DNA of 64,000 nucleotides. Origin: Tubiluchus corallicola. Taxonomy: Eukaryota > Animalia > Priapulida. Of the stretch, positions 12,745-26,100 are shown piece by piece (within the stretch, counting starts at the first letter, position 1; the number at the start of each line of letters is the position of its first letter). Location: assembly GCA_030141605.1 (NCBI GenBank), contig JAQGDQ010000033.1, forward strand, positions 186,001 to 250,000, in the 5' to 3' direction. The notes beneath the pieces were generated by a model. That model did no database searches. It saw nothing but the letters and a program-made list of their open reading frames with translations, and was not told the origin of the DNA. The position numbers and the translations under genes were made by a program.

Positions 12745-15013
12745 CTTCGAATTTTACAGCCTTTGTTTCTAAGGGTACAAATCAAGGAAGTTTGCAAATA
12801 CAGCTTTTTATCACCAAGATCGAGACGACCGAGCCATCCTTAAATAGAAGGCTTAAGAAACAACCCGCTTTTTAGTCCACTATATTATAGTATAAGGTAC
12901 ATCCACTATACTATAGTATAACATGCATTGCACGACAACCTGGTGAGAAAAATAACGTAAACGCCTCTCTCATTTCGTCTTCGTGTTGGTTAATACCGTT
13001 TCAGAAGTTTTGATCATAGTTAAACACTGTGCACAACAATTTAAAACAGATCATCATAAGTACTAAAAATGTTTACATCACTGTCATTGTCTTTTGGCCA
13101 TAACGTGTATTATAGATATTATGCACGCAGAATTTTAAAATAATATAAGAAATCTGCCCCAAAGACATATAAACACAGCAGTTAACAGACGCAACTTAGC
13201 TGCAAAAACGATTAGCACTACGGGAGTGTGGGCTGACATGTTTCTCCTGGAAATAAAATCCTAGCACATTCAACGCACTGTTTAAAACGCGAAAGTTGTT
13301 TTAACTACGTGCAGTTTGATCCTCAGTCCTTTTTCAATTTGCTGCGATCTACTACGTTTAGCTATGCAAGTACATAACCTATAAATTTTGTATTATTGGC
13401 TGAAGATAACAAACAAGCTGGCTATACAATGATTATTTCCAGCATTGTTCTGCAACAGCTGAACTGTAAAAAAATGAATGAGAATGTACTGGTGCCATTT
13501 TTATGACTCAGGATTCTTAATGTTCAGTACGCTATTAACTAAGCCCATTCAACAGTACCAATTGTGATACTGTACATTAACTCGAAAAAGTCTCAAATTT
13601 GAAAATGTGATAGATCATACTGGCTACCTTAACTGAACAATAAGAAGCACGTCGTTTGTGAATATAACTCAGGTTAATCTGCATAAAATACATACCAGTA
13701 GACACGCTTTTAAATAGCTGTCAAATTTTTTTTAGAAATCGAGATTGGTAATACTTTGTATGTATGGAATAGATTGTCCTGGCATAGGGTCAAGCGCAGG
13801 AGGTATGCGACTATTTCTGGTGCTTTTTCAGGTACCACAGTACGAAGCACCTTTGACCCAATAACTACTTTGTTTTCCTACCATTCCTCAATATCACATG
13901 TGCGCTAGACTAAGACATAATGTTACCAGCAAAATCTTAAATCAGGTATTCTATAGATACGTAATCATTTTATAGAATGCCAAAGCAAACCAGGTAGTGT
14001 CTGAAATAGTTCATTCTACTTTTCTTAACCATTATATATAATACAAGTCAACGCAAAGTGAGTAATTCTTAGATTTTAAACATTTAAATTAGTTTTTCTA
14101 GGCATTTTTAAGAATACTGAATAAATTTTAGCTAATATAAAAATAAAACAATCATTCAACTGTTCTGATATAATTTTCCTAGGCATTTTATATAATGCCA
14201 ATTTTATTTTAGGGAATGTGTGAAATTGAACCCAGTTTTAATGTGCTTACGAATTTCTGTAGTAGCTACATTCGTTGGCTGACTTGACTTACTCTCTTGT
14301 CCAAGAATTCTGTCATTCCTCTTCTGTGGTGGGCAGACAAAGAGAGAGTGAGCAAAAAAAAACGCTTTCATTCAAATGGTCTAATTTTAAAATTGCAAAA
14401 AATACATTCTACATAAAAGAACAATTCAAAAATAATTTTACAAAAATTGGGGGCGGGGGAAAAATAAAATTGAGGGTAAAAGTTAAATACATGTATTCAT
14501 AAATGAAAATATTCTGATTTTAAAGCGATGGTGACATTCACTCTGCAACAGAGCACATACCTATTGCTATTCATTCAAATTTAAAGAATACTGCTTTTGA
14601 TTAAGGAGTGTCCAAATATATATATATATATATAAAAAAAAATGAACAATATAAGATAAAATATTTAAAAGTTATCTCATACAGCTTTCTAGACATGCTT
14701 AGTACAGAAACCAGAGATGTTACTTACAGCTTATGGCTAATTATAACATTTCCCGGATCATTCAGAAAATATGACACAAAGTGATCTACATGTTTATTGT
14801 AAGCCTGATAGCAGGATATCCTAGAAAAAATATTTAATTATTGTAACAATAATTATTATTACCCACTGTCTTTTCAACAAGCTCACCAAATGCCAGTTCT
14901 ATCTATCAGCATCCATCACTATTCTTTTCAAAACAAGGGTAATTATAGTATTATTGCAATTATTATTACTGGCACAATGTACGTTATGTATGATGTTGTT
15001 TAATTAATAATTT

Positions 15014-18000
15014 TTAGGAAGTGTCTTTCACTGGAAATTCCAATTTTCTTTCCAAAGAGTCAACAGGTCGACTAGAACTTTCACCAAACTGGTTTGTTTT
15101 GTTCTGAACGTTCTCATCTTTCAAGGTCTCTGCAGGCTTTTGCTTCTCCTTAGCTGCTTCAACATCTATTTTCCTCATTCGCACACGGGTTATTTGCCTT
15201 TTCATGTCCTCATCATCACCTATAGTGATGAGCAGAATACAAATGCCCTAGCACAAAAACAACTGACATCAGCTTGCTATGTAGATGAAAGTTTCAACAG
15301 ATTATTGCTAAGAATTGAATATTTACACTTCTGTTTACAATATTTTCTATCTAATTTAGAACAGTGTTTGAGTAATTTCAGTTAACAAAATTATAAGGTG
15401 AAAGAAACGCATGATTCGACTTCACAGTAAAACAGTATTTTAAAGTAATGGGAAACACAGAAGCAGTACTGATCAACGCACAACTTTAAAGGAGCATTGA
15501 GGTATTTTTACAAATATGAGGTTTTGTGATGTATCCACATCATATTATGACCTGATATGAGTGACTAATTCAAAAAGTTTAGTATTTTGTCAGCCTCTAA
15601 TGGATTTTCCTGTATTTTCATGAATTTTGGAGGCTTAAAGTGAGCTTTAACTTATAACCATCAAATGTTAAAAATTGCTGTTATAGTAAATCCATTTTTA
15701 GGAATATGTAGGCTGTTGTGTATAACCTCTAAAGCATAAAAAAGGCAACGTTATATTTACATGCTGTGCACTATGCAGTTATGGGTTCAAAGTATTACAC
15801 AGCAAATTATGGACAACAGAATGTAGCACTGTGACATTAATTAAAATGTTTAATTCTACTAATCTTCTTAAAACAGAAAAGCATTTATTTCATGAAAAAG
15901 TAAAGTGCTGCAAGTCTATATCAGGTCTTCAAAGAAAAAAAGTACTCACAAGTAAAACTAAATCTATACCATTTATAAATTCAAATTACCTGCAAAGTTA
16001 GCAAAGACATGAAGAAGTAGTGAAGCAGAGTTGAAGCTGTAACGAAGCCTTGGAAGCCCACCCACCAGGTAAAAAAAATCAGAGGTACCAAGGTTAAGAT
16101 ATACCTGAATGCATGCCTAGAAAAAAGCACAACATCATAAACACTAAAGGTACTTCTACAGTATGAGTTTGTAGACGTTAAATTTTAAATTTAATCCAGC
16201 TTTTGAGCAAGTTATGAATTTTGAATCCCACAATAGCTAATTGCATGAATAGTGACAAATAAATAGCAGTAACTGTGCTAAAATTGTTAGAGGAAAACAG
16301 TGCTGTAAAAGCTAAATTCTTTCTGATTAACTTAGTTCCTTACTAAGATAATGAAACAAATTTTCAGACAGTAGTAAATCTGACAACACCTAATTAAGAA
16401 AGGTGATTTTATAGTGTAAAGTTATAGATTTTTTACTTAAATTGAAATGTTTATCATTGAAACTGATAAATACACTGTTTTGATAAAAACGGACCTTCTG
16501 TAGTTTAACACTTCAAAATTACTTCAAAATTAAAAAAAATATTTAACGTTGAAAAATGGTATAATAATGCTGCTATGAAAAGATGCGTGTTATATTGCTA
16601 TTAATAACTTATTCATACATTTTCAAATATCAGACATATGACTGTAACTTGTAAGACTTACAAATCTTACTAGTTGGATCAACAGATTGAGACTGTAAAG
16701 ATATAAAGACTAACCTTGCCCATTTGACTTTGATGTCCTCAGGTAGTGCTTCTTTTAGTTTGCAAAACTTTAATGAGCAAGCCAGGATAAGGAAAAATTC
16801 GAGCTAGAAAAGTAAATTAGCATAGATTCACATACGCATGCACGCACGCACACACATAGTTAAATAGACAGATTAGTTACATATATATATATATATATAT
16901 ATATATGTTAATACCACAGGAAATGAAACTTGCTAAAGTTTTACTATACAAAAAAAAATTACAATCCTACCCACTTTTAGGTTACTGGTACAAACACAAA
17001 CACACTTTGGACATCACAGTCAGTACAAAAAGTTCTCTTTTAACGACACCTTGTTTAATGATATCAGCCTTTAATTATGTTTGTTGCACTCAGAAATCAC
17101 AGTAATAATTTGCCATATTAAGCAGTCAGATGCAGACATTTATAATTCATTGCTGGTCACTCACTAATTATTGAGACTTTCCCATATACAGATGGAATTC
17201 CTCTGATAAAATTCTCCATGTTACATTGCTGGGTTAATTATACTTGAGTTCACCTCGTTTGCATTTGGGTTGTCAGAAAAACAACACTATACACAAAAAA
17301 GTCTGCTAAACAGAAATGGCTGGTACTAAACAACTGCAGGAAACTTTTAAAAACACAGTATTGAAATAACTCTGGCAGAGAACAAACAAAAGTAAGACAT
17401 GATGTTACTAATGCTTTACAGTTCTAAAAAAACAAGCAGAGAAAGAATAGAAAGAAGAAGAAATGGAAGGAGAGCAATCAGGAGAGGAAAATACATGTAT
17501 TGAAGAAAGAAAACCTACGTTAAAAATTTCAAGTTTCGCTGTAAACTTTAGCTTTTTAGCTTTTACTTAAAAAATGTCACAAATAATTGCCACGTAGTGT
17601 TTGATTTATGAATCAATGCAACTGAAAGATTTTACACAGCCAGGTATTATTGATTTTTGTCTTCTCAGTGGTCGCTTTTACCTAGCCAAGTATTATTGAT
17701 CTTTGAGTTGGAAATGCGAAAAAATGCTTCTACATTAATTTCTATGGAAGGTACTGTTTCACATGAACGACATTTCCCTTAACGATGAATTTTGCTGGAA
17801 CACATTAACGTCCTTAAGCGAATACTGTCTATACATTAATTAACACCATCATTTAAACAGTGTACCACTTTATAACAAATTCAAAGCTGAATTGGCTCAG
17901 AACTGTGAATCTGACTAAAGCATGCAAAAACACAAAGCCCAGCCATCATGAAAAATTTAATAAATGTTACTACGACAAGTTTTTCACATAAAATATCAAC

Positions 18001-20116
18001 ACTAAAATCATTGCTCGATGATTTGAGTGATTTTTTTAATTGTTAAGCCATTTTTGTCAAAAATTGCCTTCTCAGCATAAAGCTAAATGTATCTTAAAGC
18101 AATTTAGCTGCTTGAGCCAAAACAGTTAATGTGCAAATGAATTAAAGAGCAAAATTAACCTTTTTAATGAGTTTCAGTCCACTCTGATAAAACTATTCAT
18201 TAAAAAACTTGCTTTCCAAAATTTGTCACTAAATTGTTTGGAAATGGTAACAAAAAATGAAAAACATTTTATGTCCTATTTAGTACTTACAATGGCCATA
18301 GAGGCAGCAGGTCCAATAAATGACAACAAGAATAGGCCACTTGAAATGAAGCAGCTGCAAAAAAACAGCAAAATGGCTTTTAAAACATAATGATTAAACA
18401 AGAATGCTGGTTTGTTCACTTGTCTGAATAACGAATGTTTCTTGCTTTCAATTTTTGGTGAAATGCCAAGAATACAGACCTAACGTAATTACTGTAATAA
18501 TTTCAGAAAAATGTCATTTAGATAACATTGTTTGCAGTAATAGTTTACATTACCTGAGATGCAAAACTATATCAAAACACAAAAAAAACATTTATTTATA
18601 TAAATCAAATATTGTTTTCTTGCTGGAGTTTTGCATCGGCATGTACTCATCCGATATTAATGTATAATGAATTAAACAGATATAGTTGCATTGTGCAGCT
18701 TATTCACTATGCCAGTTAACGTTTGCAGTTGTAACTATATAAAAATGCGAAGTGTATTTACTTACAGGTAATCACTTATAAAAATGCTGCGTTTAATTGC
18801 AACAGTAACCACGACAATTATCAATGGAAATCCCCAGCCAATTAGACTGGATATGATAGAAATACGAAGTCTTCTTGGCGAATTGTGAGCATAAAGAAAG
18901 ACGGTCATGACAATGCCAAAAACAAGCAGCCACGATATCACAGCAAGAAAAAAGTAATGGAGTAGAACAGCAGTTACAACACAACCCACCTACATTCAAA
19001 AAAAAATTATTTAAAAATTACGAGAGCACAGAGATGAACAATAATCAAATAGTCTTAGCATTTTTTTATATATAGTCCTGTGTTCTGCAAGCCTAGCTTG
19101 AAAGGGACAGTACTCAGTGGCAGATGGCAGGTTCTACTTAAAGTTAATAGTCGCAGCAGGACTTGAACCATCCCAATGTCATCTACTAAAATGAGACAAT
19201 GCACCAGCAAAAATGATTTGCACATTCAGGTATATACTTTGTCAAGGAGATAAATAACTGAGGATACTACAGCAGATGAAACTCCCAGGGATAGTTTTCT
19301 AGATAGTCACTCATTCATTTATTGATTAGGTTAGACAGTGCTTAACTTTTCCTTGATAAGCATATACTATGGGCACTCCGTTGTTCCCCTCATCGGATAA
19401 ATAAACTAATTGAAACCACATCTATGTAAACACTTCTAGCACTTCTAAAACAGAAAATGCGTAAGGCAGCAAATCGGCCATTCTTGCAAATTCAGCAGTT
19501 AAGTGAATTACGAGATTCAATTGTTTAATTACCAAATTAACCATAGTCAAATTACAAGTGGTTCAGTATAGTATTATTACCATTAATAATGATGATGACC
19601 AGACAGTGATAACAATGATGTAAAAATACATAGAACAACTAACTTTGTTATGAGTTGCTGTTATTCCTGCAAGAAATGTAATCTGTGCAACAAGAAGCGT
19701 GAAGCTCAAATTTTTTACAATGAAAGCTCTCACAGAAAGCATTTCCTGAGCCAAAGCATTCATCTGGTTACGACTCACACTACAAATAAAAAATGTAAGC
19801 AAGCTATCAAAATAAAGCGGACGGGCACTACGTAATTCAAAGTGCTATAGTATTTCAATGTTAAGTACATACCACGAAATTAAACCACTTTTATAAGATG
19901 TCCAAAAGTTAATGTACTTGCTAGTGCAAAATATTTAGAGAAAGTACTGACTTATTTGTCAAATTCCTTACCAAAAACATGTTAGTATAAGTATCGTTAC
20001 AAAAAGGCTGAAAATGGATATTGTCATAATGACAGCAGTAAAAACCTTCAAAGTTTTGAATGCTGTAAGCAATTCTATGTCTTCTACATCAGAGGTAGTC
20101 ACATCTAATGAGTCTT
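15014..20116 (-). other. 7TM (secretin/adhesion family) domain exons and C-tail of the receptor
   Basis: Seven hydrophobic segments spread over seven exons. TM3 HYFFLAxxxW, TM4 GWGFP and TM7 LQG are hallmarks of family-2 GPCRs. Confidence 0.9.
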
Positions 20117-23100
20117 CTGAAATTACAAACATAAATAATGTTAGGCACTTCATAATTTGTGTACAAGTTAATATGTAGTTTGTATAGTCATAATCGTCAA
20201 CAGCATTAACAGGTTGTTGTATTTATTTATGGGGACCACCTACTTTATAAATTTGATCATATAAAAAATAGAAAAACATACATTTACTTATAACTGGACA
20301 ATTGTCAGAAAACTTTATAAATTCCTAGCTTGATTTTTTATAATTCAGGCAGGTCCTAGCCAGCTAAAGTCCTTTTCCATACCAAATTCACCCAATCTAA
20401 CCCACTATGCTCTATTTTAATCCACTCCACCCCAGTCTGATTAATTAATTGCAGGCTAATCCAAATTAATCAAGCCAAACTAGATCTTATCATCCTATAC
20501 AATGGATCCAGTCCAACTAGATCCTTTACAAATTACACTACAGCAGTTATTCGCACAAAGTCTCACACAGCCTATTTTCACACACGAAACCTAAAAGAAA
20601 GCATATATAAAATACATTTAAAGGCAATTAAAGTCAATTGATATAAGTGAATAGTTTTGTCTAAAAGCATATTCATTGTACAAAATACCTGTAGTTGATA
20701 ATGCCAAAGTCGAAGTCGTAACAAGTAACGCAGTAGTTGGCTCAGTTGACGCCATGGTTGTTTCTTTTACAGTAGATATTGCTTCAGTAGTATATGCAGT
20801 GGTCGTGGCAAGTTCTGTAATCGTTTCCAAAGTTGTTGTAGGTGGTCCTGTCATAGCATCAAAGCTAACATAATCTAACATTATTTAATCCAATCTATTA
20901 TATTCTATTCTTGTGTGCTAATTTATTCTAAGCTGGCCTGGCTCAAGTTAACCAAATCAGGTGTCGTTTAAACTCGACAAAATAAACGTCACTAAACATA
21001 ACTGAACATAAAATAATTCTATAAGTCAATCAACCAAGCATTACCTCCCATAACCTAACCACTCCAGGGAAATATACAATTCCAGCCTTCCCATTAAGTT
21101 TATAGGCATACCTAATAGATTTCAAGGACAGCAACTAGACTTTAAAGAAGTTAACCTTTTGAAGTTGATATTAAAAAGCCCAAACCAACTTACTTGCATG
21201 TGTAATTGAGCCCAAGGAAAGTGCTTACAAAATACAGTAGGCACCGCTTAATAGACTCACAAAGGGACCGAAGTGTCGTGACCCAATTAACCGATTGAAC
21301 TTATTAACCGATGGGTGTACCATTACTGGTATAGAAGTATAAGTCACCAGCTTATTATGCACTGCAAAAATTTTTAATGAATTTTATAAATGAAGTAATG
21401 CCTAAATTCCTTTGTACAGTTAAAAATTAGATAAAACATTTTAAAATATTAATTTATTTAAGTGAATTAGAAATAAATAAAAAAGTATATTTTCTAAATC
21501 ACACAATTACAAAAATTCCTTCAAAGACGGCTGCTTCATTTTATCGTGAAGAAAGTTGGCTCACAAAGTTCTCACAAAAATCTGTTGTTGTATGATGCAC
21601 AAATTCGTGTAAAATACTTACATACATCTCGTAAAAAATCCATGCTAGGGCTACTTAAACTATTGGTGGTGCCCGTGTTTCCTCGCAAGTAGCTTTGTCT
21701 GTAGTTTTGCCTAAGCTCCTGCTTGCTATAATTGTGATGCACTTACTGTACTGTACCTGCATCCCTGACATACCAGCAACATCTAACTGATTAAACGTTC
21801 TGACAAAGACAGCCAGAGCTTCAAAAGCAAACCGCTAAGCAAGTGATTCCATGTTTAGCTTCTAGCAATTCTTTTGTAACAAGGTTAATTGCAATGGACG
21901 GGCGAGTCAAAGGAAACCATTAGGCTAGCATATTAACATATGATAAATGTTCCTGCTTACAAATGAAAAGGTACTTAACATGATTGTTTCTATGTATATT
22001 ACAGGACAAAAGTGAACTAAGATGATATAAAAGTCGTAAAACCTTATTAGTCACACAAAAGTGTCTTACTGAAACATGTGAAGCAAAAATATTGAATCAA
22101 TTATGCGGAGCTATTTGAACCAATTACCGACAGTTTTTATGTACATTTGAATAGAAGCGGCTCATACCAGGCATTTATGAGTGAATTAAGAAAACGAGTC
22201 TATTAACCGTGAGTCTATTAAGCGGTTCCTACTGTACATCAGACGAGATTATGTTTAAGTTTCTTGCCATAAGAAAGAGTTATGTTTAAACAGCATATTT
22301 GTCTTACGGTATACAGTATACCTGTTGTAGATAATGCCAAAGTTGATGTTGTAATCAGTAACTCAGTAGAAAGTTCAGTTGACACTACAGTGGTTTCTTG
22401 CACAGTAGAAGTTAGCTCAGCAGTAGGCACAATGGTCACTTCAACTTCTGTAGTCATTTCCAGAGTTGTAGTTAATGGTTCAGTTGTCGTATCTTCTGTT
22501 GTTGGCTCCTGTGTGGTTGAAGGTGCTTTCGTTGTAACAGGTGTTGTTTGCTGTGTCGTTGTGATGACTTCTAGAGTGGTAGGTAATGCTGTGGTGCTAG
22601 GTAACGTTGTGGTATCCACTGTAGTAGTTTTAACTTTGGTTGTCATTTGCTCTGTGGTTATGACAGTTGTTGGTAGAACTGTTTCAGTGGTAGTTTCTAT
22701 TGTTGTAGATTGAACTGTAGTAACTGGCATGGAAGTTGTAAGAATTGCAGTTGTAGTTTCGATCTGTGTTGTCGGAGCGGGAGTAGTGACACTTTCCGTT
22801 GTTGTAACAGCAATTGTTGTTGTTGGTTCTATGGGCTCGCCAAATGTCGTTTTCATTTCAGTTGTACTCATCTTCGTAGTAGCTGTGGTAGTAGGAACTG
22901 TAGTTATTTCTGGTGTTGCTGGTATGACTGCTGTTGTTAAAGCAGTTGTTATTGGAACTGTAAAAGCAGTAAAGAAAGTGACAATTATTAATTTTAAAAC
23001 CTAAACTATACGAACATAAAATATGCCATTAAACATCTGCACTCCATTGCAACTACATAATTTTGACGCTCAAAATATTTTCAAAAGTTAGAAATCAGAA

Positions 23101-26100
23101 TCAGATTACACCATTTATAAGCACAAAAGGGCAATACCGATAATCTTGCTGATGTATCTTGTTAGCTTCATTGGTTCATATAATAATGCAGGCAAGTTCA
23201 ATGGCTTGTCATCACTAACATAAGACACCCATGGTACATCAACTGGTTTAGCAAGCATCCCTTTGTAACCAACAAACACGAAATCCTCTGAAAAAAATTG
23301 TGCAATGTGTTCTATTGTAGGAAAATAAACACAACCATAAAGATCAGCAGTGTAACACTAAATCATTCTGCTATGTCTTGGCATACTAAAAATTACGAAA
23401 TTGAAAAAACGATCGCAACCCCTCTAAAACTTAATGTGAGACATTGCCAAGGCTGAGACTGATAAACAGTTCAAGAAACATACAAGCCAACATATACAGA
23501 CAAAACTTTATCTAATTTCAACTCAGAGTGATCTAAAAAAACATTACAGTGGGCAATATAAAATTTTACTAAAATAATTTTTATGGATACAGAAAAGAAA
23601 TTAAAATATAAGACCTGGAACATTAGTTTGCAGTTTGTTGGTAGATTACACACATCAGTAATAACATAGCCATTGGCTGTAAATTTATAATCACGTAATC
23701 TTGCATAATTTAATTATCGAAGTTTTTCCACGACATTTAAAAAACTACTGAAAACATCAATGAGCTCATAAGGCAATTCTGTAATTACATGCTTGCAGAA
23801 AATGCCCGTGTGGCTTTCCAAGTAGTTCATGGAATAATTGAAATGTGTGCTTGCAAACCAATACCATCCATTAAGTCAGCATAGTCAAAACTACGTTATG
23901 ATGCTTCAAAGTAGAATGCATCAAAAATTTGGTCAAAAGCCAATTTTTTGCTTTTATAAAAACTAACACTAGCTTAATTGCCAACTTATGAACGATTTTG
24001 CTATGCAAGCACACAAATACTAAAACAACTCAACTGAGCACTGATAACTTTTGTGACGAGCATGCATCTAACAAACTATATAACAATATGAAGCAAACAG
24101 GCAAACAGTAGTCGCATGACACGAATGCACAACAAAACTATAGCATGCAAAAATATTATTTTCTTTTGTATAAAGTTAGATCAGACTGGCTGCACCGTAC
24201 GCATCACCACAGTAGTGTTGATTCTTGCAAAGTTTAATTGCCAAGACCTTAGACAATAAAAAACAGTATGTCAGTAAGACACAAACTGGCGTTAGTCTCA
24301 TTGCAGACCTTGTAACAGGCGATTCTATTTAATTTCGGAAAAAGCCTATGTTTTCCATTTCATACCTAACCCAACGGTGTCATTTAAAGGTGCTCCAAAT
24401 GACGACAATTGACTGAAGACTTTAGACTGTCTTGGCATGCTAAGAGAAATGCCCTCGCCAATCACTACAATTGCAGACTCGTCAGCAATGCTGTCTAAAT
24501 GCTTTTCAACGTCTAATTCTGTAGCCACATCAGCTTCTCCACATTCCATATTGTAAGTACGGCCAGGACTAGGCTAGAATAAAATACACTCACAATAAAA
24601 TACAAGAAATGAAGCAGCTATGTCCAAATAGTTTCATCATAATTTTACCAAATCATTTCAAATGGCTATAGATTGGCTCAATTTAACTTTTCACGATTAA
24701 AGGTAAACTATAATAACATCATATATTTCCATTCTTCCCAAGAACAAAATCTATTAACAGACCCCGCAAATGCTGTATCCTAAAAAATTGTCAATTAAAG
24801 AATTGGCACCAACTAAAGAATTACCTGTCCTGTATTCAAATCAATAGAAGAAATAAAAAAGCCACAGTCTAAGTGGCTTTCCCCATTAATCTCCAAAAAT
24901 CTTCCGTCAACTTTCACCATTGTGGTGGGCGGAACATTGCCAACAACTTCCACGTAAAATCCTAAAATACAAAAATTTAACAATATCAGAATTGTTTGTT
25001 AGCTTGTTGAGGATGGTCACAGAGGTTTTGGGTATTTAAAAAACTACAATCTTGGTATGACTGAGACTGTATCATTGCATTACACAATTCTTTGTTCACT
25101 AAACTTGGTTGTTATTTCATAAAAAAACCCTATCAAATCATTATAGACTGAACCATATCAGTTTTTACTTTTCACGCTTGATAAATGATCGGTTCGCTCT
25201 GACAGCACAAAATAGTAAAAATAATTCATCTTCACTTATTGTCAAATAGATAGGGTGACAAAAAAATCGTTAAAAGCTAACAATACATAAAATGTTGCAG
25301 CAGGTACAAAATTGTACAGAAATAAAAACAAGTGATACATGGTTTTTTAGTCAAAAATTGTTCTCTTCCCTCAAATAAAAGATCAGAAAATTTAGGGTGT
25401 ACCTTTGGTCAACTGCTCACGTATCATGTAAAGTAAGATAGAGGCATTATAGCCCTCAACAAAACATGGCTGATCATCATTTGCCGAAATCAGAGTTCCA
25501 CAGGAATGAATAGAATTAGATGCAGAAACAGTAAGAATCCTAGGAAAGTACAAGATGCGCACAATTTAGTAAAAAATTGGCAGTAGAAGTGTTTTTAAGC
25601 ATAAAGGTTTTTAACAACTTGTTGCGGGAATAGCTGAAAAGTCAAGGAATGTGCTTTGCAACCGAAGTTAAGAATAATATTAAGGCTAGTCAGAGGCTGA
25701 TGGATGATCGCTGGACTCAATACTCATTCTGTGTGGTTTCATACAACATACTGATTTTGGCTGTTTACTTGGTAGAGAGAAGGTGTATTCACATTCAAAG
25801 GTTGTAAAGACACCTCTGCTGGTACATCTTAGAGGTATGTACAACCTCGTAATGAGATAGGTTCTGGTCTCACCACAACCCCATTGAGTAGGCCTGTAGT
25901 TGAATACTGGATTCTGGCTTGTATTAATGTTACCGACAAAAGTGTACAAACATTATTTTAAGCGAGTAATTAGTTATTTATGTGTAACGGAGAAATGAAA
26001 CCAAAATTAAGGAAAAACACAAGTGACGTGCTTTAAACTTTTTTAGTTGTAACAAACCTTTCTTCCGGATCAGATTGTGGTATCCAGGGTAATCTATCAT

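Noticed and set aside
12874-12921. Short duplicated palindrome TCCACTATA(T/C)TATAGTATAA upstream of PIGO
   Set aside because: Only two low-complexity units; function cannot be supported from sequence alone.
19130-19215. tRNA-like B box (GGTTCAAGTCC on the minus strand)
   Set aside because: No cloverleaf can be formed; at most a decayed SINE head.
20055-20080. LLTAF before TM1 as a degenerate GPS/Stachel (HL|TxF)
   Set aside because: It has no preceding Cys/Trp/His pattern and sits too close to TM1; it aligns with the pre-TM1 helix instead.
22282-23004. Val-rich plus-strand ORFs (also 20676-20873 and the minus-strand ORFs at 47230-48357)
   Set aside because: These are antisense shadows of Thr-rich (ACN) mucin exons, not genes.
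25686-25949. 87-aa intronic minus-strand ORF
   Set aside because: The flanking exons (26058 and 25539) join in frame without it, and it has no recognisable motif.
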